Of a DNA stretch of 20,000 nt, positions 1 through 12,183 are shown piece after piece. The translations under genes and the position numbers were made by a program. Positions within the stretch are counted from its first letter, which is position 1. Every line of letters begins with the position of its first letter. The notes beneath the pieces are model-generated. The model was not told the origin of the DNA. It worked only from the letters and a program-made list of their open reading frames with translations, and ran no database searches. The DNA is from Catajapyx aquilonaris (taxonomy: Eukaryota), in assembly GCA_000934665.2 (NCBI GenBank), contig KZ538103.1, positions 107,306 to 127,305 of the forward strand, read 5' to 3'.

Positions 1-51
1 AGATGATTCCTGCCAGTTGGCACCACTGCCAGCCCCTTAGCTGATTGAGCG

Positions 52-341
52 GCGTGAAGTAAAAACGCGCCCCGGCCGCTATCTTGCTCACGGAATGGGA
101 CGGTTGCTAACCACAGCGAAGCATTTTACAACAATGACGGGGCGCGTTCTATAACACCATTTTTGCGTTCATTTCACTTCGCGTGACGTCAACATTTTCT
201 AGGGAAACAGTGACGTCACCATTTCCCTACATAAAAACCCCAATTACTCCGGAACGGGAACTGATATCTTAAAACGGAATATGCCAAAAAAATCCAAAAA
301 ATATGGGCGAATTTATTATGTAGTTTCCTAAATGAAGGCTA
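52..341. mobile_element. Possible non-autonomous DNA transposon (MITE-like) fragment with internal inverted repeats
   Basis: 11-bp inverted repeat AACGCGCCCCG (64-74) / CGGGGCGCGTT (138-148), with an outer imperfect pair CGTGAAGTAAAA / TTTCACTTCGCG. Also two TGACGTCA sites (184, 211), a 30-bp palindrome at 200-229, and a possible terminus AGGCTA (336-341). No partner TIR or TSD is visible in the window. Confidence 0.3.
200..229. repeat. 30-bp imperfect palindrome centred on a CRE (TGACGTCA)
   Basis: TAGGGAAA-CA-GTGACGTCAC-CA-TTTCCCTA; 13 of 15 symmetric positions are complementary. Confidence 0.85.
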
Positions 342-1600
342 CTTCCCCATTCTAACCCCAGCTGTCTTATGTGCTGCAAGTAATTCTAACCCTGCCAGGG
401 TTACTCGGACACACTGGGATGAAACTGCTGTTGGTAATTCCAAGACTGGGTGCGCAATCTGGATGCGCACTAATCCAACTGCAGCGTGGGTTTTCTCGGG
501 GTTCATCCAACTCTTCTGTGCTGGTGTGTACAATCCGTCTCATCCCGGCCGTGAAACTTGGAGCAGAGTAATAATCCCCTTGTGCCTTGTATCCTAATAT
601 AGGAAATGATAACGAGCGTAGTTTTCTGGGGCCGTTTTGAATGCGGAGCTGGCTTAATTAGCGAGTGGCGGGGGCGAACTCTTAATGAGGCTACCTGCGA
701 AGCCTTTCCCCGAGTCCTCCTCCTCCGGGTTGCCTTTCTTCGACGTCCTGCTGATCTTCACTAATGAAGTCTTTGCCGGCAACAATGCGCAACAGGTCCC
801 TCCTATGCGATATTGATACGGGGGGTATATGCACACAAAAAAGGGGCCCGTTGCAGCCCGAATGCAAAATTTCGCGAGAGAGGTAATTTTTGCAAAGCTG
901 AACGAGTGTCGTTTTTGCATCATTTATTGGCCAAGGGGATTTTCGACTTGTAGACAATGCGAGCGGACGCTTAGAGTTTTATTTTTGAGTTGTAATGCCA
1001 TTAGGAATGGAGCATAAGTCGGAACAGTTAGTTTCAATCGGTTCTTCCAACAGAGAGCCATCAACTTATTATTCCTAGTGCACAACACTGATTCCGGCGC
1101 CATCTTTTCCTGTGACTGACGTCACCGGCATTATTCCTCCCACTCTCCCTCCCATCTAGAGCAAATGGAATGAACTTTGAGTTTCCCCAATTCCGACTGT
1201 AATGCCGCACTTATCTGGGAGGCTGTTTAAACCCCATTTCTCACTCAACCTTTGCAAGTCGTCGCAGCGCCTGGGCCAGCCTTACCCCCAAAACCGCTCC
1301 CAGAGAGATGTTCCTTTTGCTAATGGAGGAGGCTGAAGGAGAGGGGGTATGGGATGGGATGGGAGAGAGGAGGGAAAGATTCCTCCATTTCCAACTTTAC
1401 CTTATCTCTTACCACTCCGATAATTATTGTCCGGGAGCTCAAACGCCGGAATACCCCCGCTCGATTAGGTCTTAAGGGAAGAAGAGAGAGGGGGTGGAAA
1501 AACTAGCAGAGAGGGGTGATAGACGAATAGGTAACTAACTTCTCTTTGGCTGGAACATCCAACCAGATTTATAGAGTTAGAAAGAGGAGAGTGGGGTGAG

Positions 1601-1620
1601 AGGGAGGGAGGGAGGGAGGG
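1601..1620 (+). repeat. (AGGG)5 microsatellite, canonical G-quadruplex motif
   Basis: AGGGAGGGAGGGAGGGAGGG read directly. Confidence 0.85.
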
Positions 1621-2649
1621 AGTCCTAATGCTGTTACAAGTGGCGGAGAACAAGTGACTCGGAAGTAACGACTTAGTAATTCGTACACCGGGCGCCTGGA
1701 ATGGAAACTATTTGCGAGGTGTAGGATGCGACTGCGGAACTTATGGCAACACTGCTTCCTTGCATAATATGCAGTGAAACTTGCCCGAAACATTTTTTGG
1801 GGTCTACATGCGCCAAATAAAAGTTTCGGACAAATGTAAACAACTATCAGCAAGGTGAAGGGTTGGTCTGTGGTTTGCGGAATGAGTCAATTATGGAGAA
1901 TTGCAACAATGCGAGAAACTCGGTGCCTGTATCGATACGGGGTTCCCTTGTAGTTGTCGTGCAGTTGTCACTGCGACCACAGTGATTAATGACCAGTCTG
2001 CCCGGACATCTCTGTTCATGGAGCCTAGAGTTTTTGATAAGGGAAAATCATATGAGGAGAAAGTAAGGTTCGTGCCGGGAGCTAATGAAGTGTCACACGA
2101 GTCCTCAGAGCTACACATTCGTCGTCGTCTGTCGTCTGGCGTGCAGGGTTGCCAACCCCCCTCCCCTTCTTCCCCCTCCCCCCACCCCTTACCCTCGGTA
2201 GGCCTAACATAAAAGACATCTCAGACTCCTATCGCGGCCATCTCGGGCCCTATTTTTCATGGAGACCATATCTCACCGTCCTATACCCGGAAACCTCGCC
2301 TTTTGTTACCATTCGGTTCCCCCTCCTCTTATACCCCCAATGGCGGCGACTCTGAGGCTAAAAGCGCACCCCTGGAGATTCATCTGGTCACACCGAATTT
2401 TCACTGCAACTTTTGCTCGAATTTTATACGCACCAATGGACGGCCATTGGAAGGTGTTTAGTTACTGGCCCATTCTCCCTTGGGAACTAATGTCTTTGTA
2501 CGAAGGCGAACTAGGGCGCACCCCAGATTGCGCAGCTAGTCTTGGAAACACTGGCAGTGTGAGCAGATGATGATGTTGCATGATTGTACTACACATGATG
2601 CATTTTTGTTCATTTTACTGATCGCAACATTTTTTTGGTCTGTTTCCAG

Positions 2650-2755
2650 GTTCAGTGTGTGAGTCAAGCCGAGTTGGACCGCGCATCTCTCGTGTGGTGA
2701 CGAGCATGGTGGGCGTCCATCTGGCAACCATGGACCGTTAGCACCGGATGCATTT
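2650..2755 (+). other. Candidate 106-nt non-coding or 5'UTR exon
   Basis: Branch-point-like TACTGAT, then the pyrimidine tract TTTTTTTGGTCTGTTTCCAG|G (AG at 2648-2649), and donor TTT|GTAAGT at 2756-2761. All three frames contain a stop; ATGCATTT lies at the 3' end. Confidence 0.4.
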
Positions 2756-4988
2756 GTAAGTCTTTCCTGGTCGAAAAAAGAATGTATATCGGCGACTGCT
2801 AGTTCTCAAGACGGCGAAGGAAGTGATGGCTGGGAAAAAAAACTCTTCTCTTTTTTTTTGGCGACCTAATTTTTCTCCAACTTCTTTTTTTTTGGGTTCA
2901 CCTACGGTGGCAAAAATTTTTGCGAGTGCGAATATAAATCGTGTGCAGCGTAGCGTCGTAGCTCCTTGGACGTTGAGCTATCGGAAGGAGAGGAATAAAA
3001 GAGCGGGAGGGAAAAGAAAGAAGAAGGGGCGCAGTTCGCTTTCAAGTCTCCGCGAAAGAGTCACTCGAGTGTATCATTAAAAGTGGAGGAAATCAGAGAC
3101 TGTGGCTTTGGCTTGACTTCTGTGCCACTCGTAGAAGCATTTCTTCGATATCGCTTTTTTTGTTGGAAAAAAATTACTATTTCCAACCCTCATCCAAACG
3201 ATTTTCTTTCGATTCCTGTTTTCCTCCCACTGTTTTGTGTGTGTGTGTTGATTCGGGGAAAATAACTTTTTGCATTTTTACTTCAAGTGTGATTAAGCCA
3301 TTCCATTGGGTACTGAAAGATATTCGGGAAGTGACATTGTTAACCTGTTCCGTAAGAGCCAACTAAGTTATAAATGAATAGGACAGAAATACTCTGTATT
3401 AACACACGAAGTTTCCCATAAAATGTCACGACGGTCATAATTATTGGAAAATTAAGTGAGCTTGCCTAAATTGTCAATGAGGCTTTGGTCCGTCAGTTGA
3501 ATTCACATTTCTGTTTTATTCATTTATGTTACGACCCGATTGTCGCCCAATTTGGTGTTTGGAAGTGCCACTTTTGTAATTTTGTAATGTTTTTTTTTGT
3601 CCCGTTTTCCACAACATGGTTTTATTTATTGCGTTGACCGAAATCAGCCCAGCAGTTCCTTCCTTTTCCCGCCACTTCCCTGTAGCTTCCAACGGTCATT
3701 TATTACACAGGGTTAGAAATGTAGATAAAAGTCGTCGACTCCTGTCTTTGTTTCGAGGACCTGCATTTGTTTTATATGTTTTGTTATTTTCGCCAAGTGT
3801 CACGAAAGGAAAACAAAAAAAAATTTCCTCCAACTCGACTGAGACCCATGTCACTTTACCTTGTGATAATTGTAATTACAGCATGCCTGAAAAACGAATG
3901 TGTGATATATCTATATATATAAAAAAGAGATTGGCGGGTTGGCTGCAGGTTTAATCACGTTTATTTGTGAAATGGGCTGGTAAAGTTGGCATCCACCCAG
4001 TGACTCTGTCCAAGTTTGTTCGTGAAAATTTTCATTTTTTCCCCCCCTCCAATAAAGCGAAAGCCATCCCCCCCACGTGCATTTTGTTTCGCGAGCTTTT
4101 CCAATATGGAATCCACGTGGCTTCACATACGGATTTCCAATATACGGAGAGGGGGGTCAAGCTTTTGATCTGACGCATGCGGGAGCCGCCATATATGTGG
4201 GGGAGCATGACTTTATGTTGCAGTGAAACATATTACACAACGAACAGTCGGCTAAGAATATTTCTTCTTCCTAAACCATTCCGCGCGATCTCCGAGATGG
4301 AATATGGCGAGCTCGCAAAAATTCCCTCGTGCAAAAAAAAAGCACGAGGTTCATTCACTCAGGGACCTTCCTCCCGACACTTGAATTGAAAATGTCCCCG
4401 AGTGTGACTTGCTTTAAAATGCTTTTCTGGAGAGAGGGTTGGGAGAGGAGGGGGGGGGGGNGGGGGGCAGCAGACTGTAGACAAAAAATATATATATATA
4501 TAAAAGAGAAGAAGCTTGAGCCCGTGCAATCTGCTACACATATCGGATTTCAGTCTGGCCTTTAATGAAGGTCGCTTCAATATTTTATGCATGCATTTCC
4601 TGGCAGCAGTTACTTTGTCGTTGAGGATTCATCAGACGAGGTTTTTTGGCTTCACGCTCTGTCGCCACATTTTTTTCCTGTAGAAAAAAAATGTCGTCGC
4701 ATCTTAATAACTGGGGACGTGTCGAACTTACCGCCTATAAACCTGCAGCCGCACTTGTGACGTCGGTGTCAAAACCCGGGAGCGACGGCTGACGCTCTTT
4801 TCTTTCTTTTTTCAATTTTTTTGACTACTTTTTTTTTGCCCAGTCAACTATCAATTTCATCATCACAGGGTAACTACTGTTTGAACTCGCGACCCAGAAA
4901 ACATGACTAAAGAGGGAGCCTGGATCGGATTATGCCCCGTCAATCCTGCGATCTGGCTTGATTGACGGTTTGGTGACATTCGACCCCT

Positions 4989-5002
4989 GCGCCCTCTGGC
5001 GG
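4989..5002 (-). promoter_or_regulatory. CTCF core motif
   Basis: Minus strand reads CCGCCAGAGGGCGC, matching the bilaterian CTCF core consensus CCRSYAGRKGGCRS. Confidence 0.6.
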
Positions 5003-8000
5003 TGGACATTGACCAACCTCCCCACACATACACATTCTTGTAATATTGCGTTACGCACTTTCTGTATTTAAAAAAAAACTATAATTATAATGGCCGTCTC
5101 TCGTACCTAGTCATCCTCTGTACATAAATGGTGTAAATAATGTACTATTAAGGTGTACAAAATAAATTTGTAAGCCACTTTTTTTCTACAGTGTACCATT
5201 TTGAGTTTGTTTTTGTTTCAGGGAGTTCAGCCAGTTTTTGCAACAAATTTGGACATTACTTTTTTTCCAGCAAGTCTTTTCGTCGAAGGCTGTTTGCCAA
5301 TTACCACCTTCGCACATGGGGTGACTTTTGCATGGGTCAAAGGTTGTTGGCCTGATCCAGTGTACTTGGCCGGTTATCGCACCGAGTTGAGGGCCTTATA
5401 GTACCACGTTTGCAGTGCGATGTAACGTTACATGAGCCGGTATTGACTTCCTGTCGGCCTACATGTGTCCAATTAAATGTTACGATAGCATCTTTATGGT
5501 TTACGAGCGACAAATACACCGGTACGCGCGATAATTAAATTTACCGCCAGTAATAAACCACCCCATGGCTTCCTGTAACGATCCAATTGGCGGACTTGGA
5601 AGATACCGCAATTTTTGCACATTTTTTTTGCAGTCATGTTGGCTGGAGGCAAACACAAGGGACGTGATGGACGACACTGCTGAAACTTCTTTTTGCGAAT
5701 ATCTTTCTTTTTGTGCGACGCGTCCATCCAGTTCTATAAAGATAAGGACGACTATACATCATTGGTGAGGTTTTACGACGCGGGTCGGATCGACACTGAC
5801 TCGCGCCTGGATAACGACGGCCCCGGACTTTTCAATAAGTCTAATTAATGAGGTGGTGGAACACGTCGAAGCTGCCTTTCAAGCAAAAATCCCCAATTCC
5901 TTTTTCGCCAATTTTTTTGCACTCTTTTTCCGGACGTCCTCTTCCGCGATTCAGTATTCAGACATTAAATCGCCGACAAGGCAGAATTATTCCTTGGTCC
6001 GGATTAACCATCGATTACACGGTAATTATCATTAATCAATGCAGATTTATTCCCCTTCCCGCTCCCCTAATTTGAAAAGTGTTATTATTGCCAGCGTCTT
6101 GTTTGCGGCTGCGACCTTCATTAGTCTTTTGCATTTCGGTTCCCGGAACTTACTTTGCGAGTCTAAGTGAACCCCCCTCCCACCCCCCTCCCACCACCCT
6201 CCCAACATCCGCCCCCCCTTTTACATTTTGGTCGACCTGAAGGAAATTTAATATTGTCAACTGCCTTGTCGTCTGCGAAACCAGAAGGGAAAGGCCTGCC
6301 AGGAATTCTTTCATCAAAATGGAGCTTCATTGAGTTTCAGGATTCGCCAAGAGAAAAGACGAACGGTGGCGTCAAGAAACTGCTACTGCTATAGCAGTGA
6401 TTTGTAGCTGCAGTTCTTTTGATGCGAGTTCAGTGACTTCCAAAACCGCAACGACCCAAGTTTGTCAAACCGCCTTGGCCTGTATATTAAAATATATATA
6501 AAAAAAATCGGAAATCGGATTTGAGTAGGCGTGGCTGGTTAACCACGCATCAAACCCAAGCGTAGTTTTTCTCTAATTTTCTCTCCCAGCAGTTAAAATA
6601 CGGCTGGGGTGGAAAAAAAGAAGGAACGACCTATTTACAAGCTCATAACAACCCTTTTTTATAGGCCGTAAACAGACTAGCGCCGGGCTTTGACGCCACC
6701 CAGCACTGCACATTGCCATGGGATATCTTATTCCAATTATTTGGAAACATGTCACTGAATCCAACAATGAGGCTCGATAATCAAGTCTACTGAAAACTAT
6801 ACGCACATCGGGCTTCTCTCCACCTCTAATATCTATAATATTAAAATTCTTCATTGTATGACCGATGCTTCTGATTGGCCTGCAGTATATTGTTTGCGAT
6901 TAGCCTCAGTTCTGCGCCTGCGCAATGGGAGAAGGCAGCGCCTCTGGTGGGTTGGAGGGTATATTTTTAAATATCTGTCTGAGACGACCCAAGTCCGGCG
7001 TTTTAGTGTCCAAAAAGCTAGCAATTTCGGCCTGTTTGATTAGTGCCCCACAGCCAGTAAGTTTCAGGCCATTTCTGGACCCAAGTTTCCGTCCTGATTG
7101 ACCCCCCCTTCCATGTCCAAAAAAAAGTTTACGCCCCCCCGCCTGGTCTGGCCCCCCTGAAGCTTTTGGAGCAAGTTAATTTCCCAAGGCAGTGTCCATT
7201 TGGAGCTGGGGCCATGATGGCCCAACATCACTCGCGGTTTGATAGAGAGGCCCCAGGGCTTGCTTTGCGCCCTCCCCCCCCNCACCCCACCACCCCCTTG
7301 CATTATTCCCTTTCATCTTTCCCGCTAGCCAGATACACTCCAGGGCTTTATGACCCGCACACAGCGCTGCTAACTGACCGCCTTCATAAACTCTAGTCCT
7401 AAGCAGCCTTGCGCTTATATAGGCCTGGAATTGAGGGGGGGGGGAGGCATTTTGCGCATCGTGAAAATCCTCTTTTTTTTGTTGGCGTAACCGATGGGTA
7501 ATGACTCCTGAGGGGTTGGGTTCAATCTTCTCTCTCCGATCATTCCTGCAATGATAATTAATTTGGGCAGACTATGCAAAGCTAGTTTTTATGTGTGTGC
7601 AGGATGGGTCGGGGGGTGTCATTATGGATAATGCTGGGTAGAAATTTATTAAAATATTTACATCGGCTGCAATTGTGGCCGATTTATCACCCGGGAAGGG
7701 GTAGGGGGGAGGGGGCGAGACAGGCTGCGATTGGATTTAATTGCCGCAATCTGCGCAAGTTTCAAAGTGAAGCCTGCTAATGACCCCAGCACGGCCAGGA
7801 ATGTGTGTTGCCTCGGCATACCTGAGTTCTAATGTTGTAATTAATTATTGTACAGGATGGCCCACACTCCAAACATGGGTTGGCAGCTATTGATTGTTGT
7901 CACAGCAAGCAACCAGCAGCAACACAGCTATTTTCACAATAACCGCTACTGCTGCAATACCCGTTATTGTTCTAATAACTGATGCTATTGGCAGCAATAA

Positions 8001-8775
8001 TGTAATTTCAGGTTTAAAAATGGGCTTGGGGAGTTGTACCAGGCTGTAGTAACCGAGCTGGTGGGATGAATATGTGTGCAAATGTGGTGTGTGCATATGA
8101 AGGTGACCAATCAGCAATGAAACGTGCCAGTGCCCCGAGCCATAAAATTTGGGGCAGATTTTGAGTGCTTTCCCGCAGCATCCCCCCACTAGTAAATAAG
8201 CCGTTGAGAGAACCCACCAAAATCGATCAATCCAATGGCCCACCCCCTCCTCCCCCGAAAATTGCATTATCCGCCTGCATTGTTTCTGCCTGCAATTTTT
8301 TTCGCTCCAAAAAAATTATAACCGCCCTTATAACCTCCCCGCAACATAACCCCAGGTTTTTTTCCCCCTCCAAACCATGGATGTTTTTCAGGTGGGAATC
8401 ACAAGTTCATTACCGCTCATGTCGCTATCGGAATAATTATGGCCGGGTGAAAAATGCCCCTCTCTGTTGATGGGACATCAAGATTACGTCACTCAACAAT
8501 TGCGGTTCACGATTTGTAATCTGGTTTGCTGAGCAGGCGGGTTTTTGGGGGTGGGCCCATTATGAAGACATCGCCAAAAACATATGACCGCACAATATTG
8601 ATATTTCGCCGGAAAAAGAAAAATGGAATATGGCGACAGGTTATTAATGGCCGCCAGTCATGCGAGAAGAGAGAACTCAGCAGGCAGAGGGGCAGGAAAT
8701 AACTACATTTTCTATAAATACGTACTACATGAGGTTGAATTCATAGAGGTTGTCGAACTTAAAACGCGCCGATTA

Positions 8776-8932
8776 AAATTTGCACGTACAAATTTAAAAT
8801 ATTATGGAGCGGGATATGACGTCATGAACCACAACGTATGACGTCACTCAATGACATCATCCATGCCTAGGTCGTGGGCCCTGGAATATTTTGGCTCCAA
8901 TGATGAAAGAATTTGCAACATTTCCTATAAAT
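8776..8932 (+). promoter_or_regulatory. CRE-CRE-CCAAT-TATA promoter-like motif cluster
   Basis: TGACGTCA at 8817 and 8839, TGACATCA at 8852, CCAAT at 8897, TATAAAT at 8926-8932, and a 20-bp ACGT-centred palindrome at 8776-8795. Confidence 0.35.
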
Positions 8933-11665
8933 GCGAGAGAACAAATAAATTATTTTTTTTCTTCCGCTATTTTCAACTGTCGGCATCATATCGAGTAGGA
9001 ACCGCGATTTAACGCACGTACTGTTCCCACAAAAGCCTACAGTGGAAACATTGTTTGGCAAATTCTATTTGATAGCGGTTCTGGCAAAAGTTCACGCGCC
9101 GCCAAAGTTCTTTTCCGCCAGCTTTGCAAAAATAAATTTTGCGTTTGACTCGGCGGCATGCTTGCTTTTAAACGCTGGCGTCAAAATATTTTTGCGCGGC
9201 AGCACGGCCAGTCTCTGGATTTAACACCCACAACTGTCATTGAACCAGATATACTCGGGGCTGAAAAAAATATATGCAATATCTCAGAGAGTTAGTTGAT
9301 TACCAGCATCTCTCGTCACATGCACATTGCACATTGTACGAGAGCAAGGTTCAATTTTAGCAAGCGAGACTTTTCAACCAATTAGGATCCGTCCTTGGCC
9401 CGCTTTTTATTTATTTATTTTTGCAAAGAAGGATCAGGCTGTAGTGCAAATTCAGCCTTGTTTCGTTTTCGCAACGGGATGTGCAAGCCCGTTTTGTCCG
9501 GGCCGCTTTCCATTTGCTAAAAAAAGCAGATGTTATTGGCAAATAAGTCATGAACAGCACTGTAAGGATTTCAAACGTGTACTACCTGTACAATGCATTT
9601 TCCCCCCGAATATTGCGTCATGCAGGTTTAATTACAGCCTTTTCAGGCCTGTGTAATGTTTACTCCAGCAACCTGTATGTACTGTACCACATTATGTACA
9701 GTACTATATTTAATATTCCCTTCCCCTAGTGAATCTTAGGTTCAATTTGAAGAGTTGAACTTTTCGGGGCAAGGAGCAATTGTGACTTGATCAATCGAAT
9801 CTTAATTGCATTTCACAGCCGTACACTTTGCACACTTCCACCCCCAATTTTCTTTAATTAATGTTTCCAGCTTTCCAATTAAAGCAGCTTGTTGGGTTTC
9901 GAAGGGAACGGAGGGTGGCTAGGGGGGGGGGGGTGGAGAAAAGGGGGGGATCCAGTTTCCATTCGACTGATTTGCTAATAACGTTCTTCGCTAATAAGTG
10001 AATCAAAAGTGTTGGAAACAATATCGCCTGATTACGCGCTTTTTCTACCGGCAGGATTGAATTTGGGCCCTCAAAATTAAGATTCTTCCTTCCACCATTT
10101 TTTTGGTGGAGCGTCTACCGCCCCCTTCCATTTTTGGGTCCTTTTCAGTGCAGACGCAGGTGTCCTTTAAACCCGTCTCCTGTGTCCTTTTAGTGTCCGT
10201 CACGCAATCCGTCCCGAAAGTGATGTGGTAAAGTGATCAGGCCACTTCACAAGGGCCAAGCCCGGGATTCTGCCAGCTGCCCTCTTCCTTCTTCAGTGCC
10301 GACAATTGTTGGCTTGTTGGAGAGGGGGGGTCAGTGAAAAAGAGCAGCTGGACCTCAGGCCGGATCAGGAGAAAGCCATGACCTCGGACATGTTTTTTCG
10401 CACAATTTTTGCCGCGATTTACTATACGGAGAAGTTGACACACACTTTACTTTCAGGCCCGGTTGCTGATTCTCATTGAATCGACATTGACTATTCTCTC
10501 CAGCTTTAAATTGAGTAGGATTGTGTAAGAGTATGATGATTCCGGACCGACGCGTACTGCCTCAGTGCAAGTGCAACGAGAGCGTAATAAAACCCGCCTT
10601 TGTCCAATTTAAAAAAAAATAAAAAAGCCCTCTCCAGGCCATATTGTTCTAGGATATGAAAAGAAGCTGGTACCAAATGGAGTGGAGGGTGGATGGAAGG
10701 GGGGGAAATGCACTTGATTGGAGCAAACGGCTTTTCGGCGTTTCTTTGTTCCATTGTCGGTCCTTTTTTAAAAGCAGGCAGAGCATCCAGTGGAGCACAC
10801 TGATCGATCGGGAGAGAGGGGGGGGGGGGGGCTTCCCTTGTAACTCGCATGCAATGCAGGTGAGCATATGCCTCGAGGGGTCGGGAAGTCTAATCAGCAC
10901 TTGGGGGACACTTCATGACATGCAGTGGGTTAGTCCATGCTCCAAGATGAAGGGGGGAGATGTTATGCATTATTTGCCATATCAACCAGCATTAACAATC
11001 AAATGGTGACTTCCAAGCAAATCAGCAATTATATGTGTTATTGATCAGAGCCAGTTGCGAAAACTGTTTTTCTTGATATGCCTCTGCCTGATGAAGCCAA
11101 AAGGAACCATGCAAACATTTCCTTCAACTTTGGGGTATTATCCCGGACCTGGAATGGCAGAGGTTGCCTTAACTTTCATTGGCCACTTTCAAACCATGCC
11201 AACCAAACCCTGGAGGCCCCCGTACCTGTTGAGTTTCCACTACTGTTTGCAATTTAGATTTGCACAGAGGCAGAGCTCGGAAGCAGTTCCATTGTTATTT
11301 TACGCTTATTTGTTGCTCAGATAGGCAGGCTCGCGAATATTTCATGCAAACTCGAGGGAAGCTGCGTTTGCAAGTCTACGATGCGCAATTTTGTATACTT
11401 CGCCTTTGGCTGCATGGGGCCCAAGTTTGCGTAACTAGCCGATTAAGCAACGTATATACACACACAAAAAAAGGAGAGTTTCACGACAGAAAGTATTGCC
11501 ACTTAGCTTATTTAGCTCCCCCCAAAACCGCCATCAATTTGCAAGCAAGGAATTAATCCCTAACGCCTTTCCAGCAAACTTGGAAAGCATGTAAGCGGCA
11601 GAAAAGCCAACTTAATCCCTCCACCACATTGTGTCAAGGGGGGGCAAAAGAAAACTTTTGGGTTT

Positions 11666-11683
11666 GGAGGAGGAGGAGGAGGA
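11666..11683 (+). repeat. (GGA)6 microsatellite
   Basis: Read directly. Confidence 0.85.
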
Positions 11684-12183
11684 GGGAGAAGGAAAGGCTT
11701 CAATATCATTAAAAGCAAGTTAGAGCCTCTTAGCTCCGGGGTTTGACAAGAAGTCCGCCGCCGTCTTGTGCTGGCGGACACTTCCGGAAGAAGGGCGGTA
11801 TTTTTCCGGATGGCTGGACAAATCATCCGGTTCCGGGATAAGGCTCCCGAATTAATTTAGCCGGCGCCGAATGGCTGATAAAGGGGGGCCCCCTCCGCAT
11901 TTAACGGTGGCGGGATCTATCTTTTTGAGCTTTGCCCAAAAAGAGAGCGCGCGCACGTGGAGTAAGTACCGCTGCTCCTGCATACATAAATAATCGTCCG
12001 GGGGTCCGGAATTGGCAAGGCTCGACACTGCGCAATCTGGAGATATTGCCCATAAAGGCTAATGGATGCACCTCGGGAGGAGGATTGCCGCTGCCTATTA
12101 GCCCAACAATCGGAGCCTAAGCATTATCTCGGGAGTTAAGAAGCGACTGTGGGCGCCTCGGGGGTTTGCTGATGGAACCAGAG

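Noticed and set aside
2552..2573. miR-34-like TGGCAGTGTG
   Set aside because: Only 10 nt match, and there is no complementary 3' arm downstream.
5334..5346. Isolated nuclear-receptor-like repeats (DR1 GGGTCAaAGGTTG; IR1 near 6427; DR2-like near 4882)
   Set aside because: Degenerate half-sites without supporting context; I found no perfect DR5.
5420..5433. 14-bp perfect palindrome ATGTAACGTTACAT; 9-bp inverted repeat GTACTGTAC/GTACAGTAC at 9679-9704
   Set aside because: About one of each is expected by chance.
7887..8267. 126-aa minus-strand ORF with a hydrophobic C-terminus
   Set aside because: The hydrophobicity comes from low-complexity CAG/AAC/AAT-rich DNA; there is no family resemblance.
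4297..8636. 14-bp exact repeat ATGGAATATGGCGA (4297, 8623); also the 15-bp ACTCCAGCAACCTGT (9662, 18753)
   Set aside because: Matches of this length are near chance expectation in 20 kb and the flanks do not align.
9635..9650. Histone stem-loop-like GCCTTTTCAGGC (also GGTCCTTTTCAG near 10137)
   Set aside because: The 6-bp stem is incomplete and there is no histone ORF upstream.
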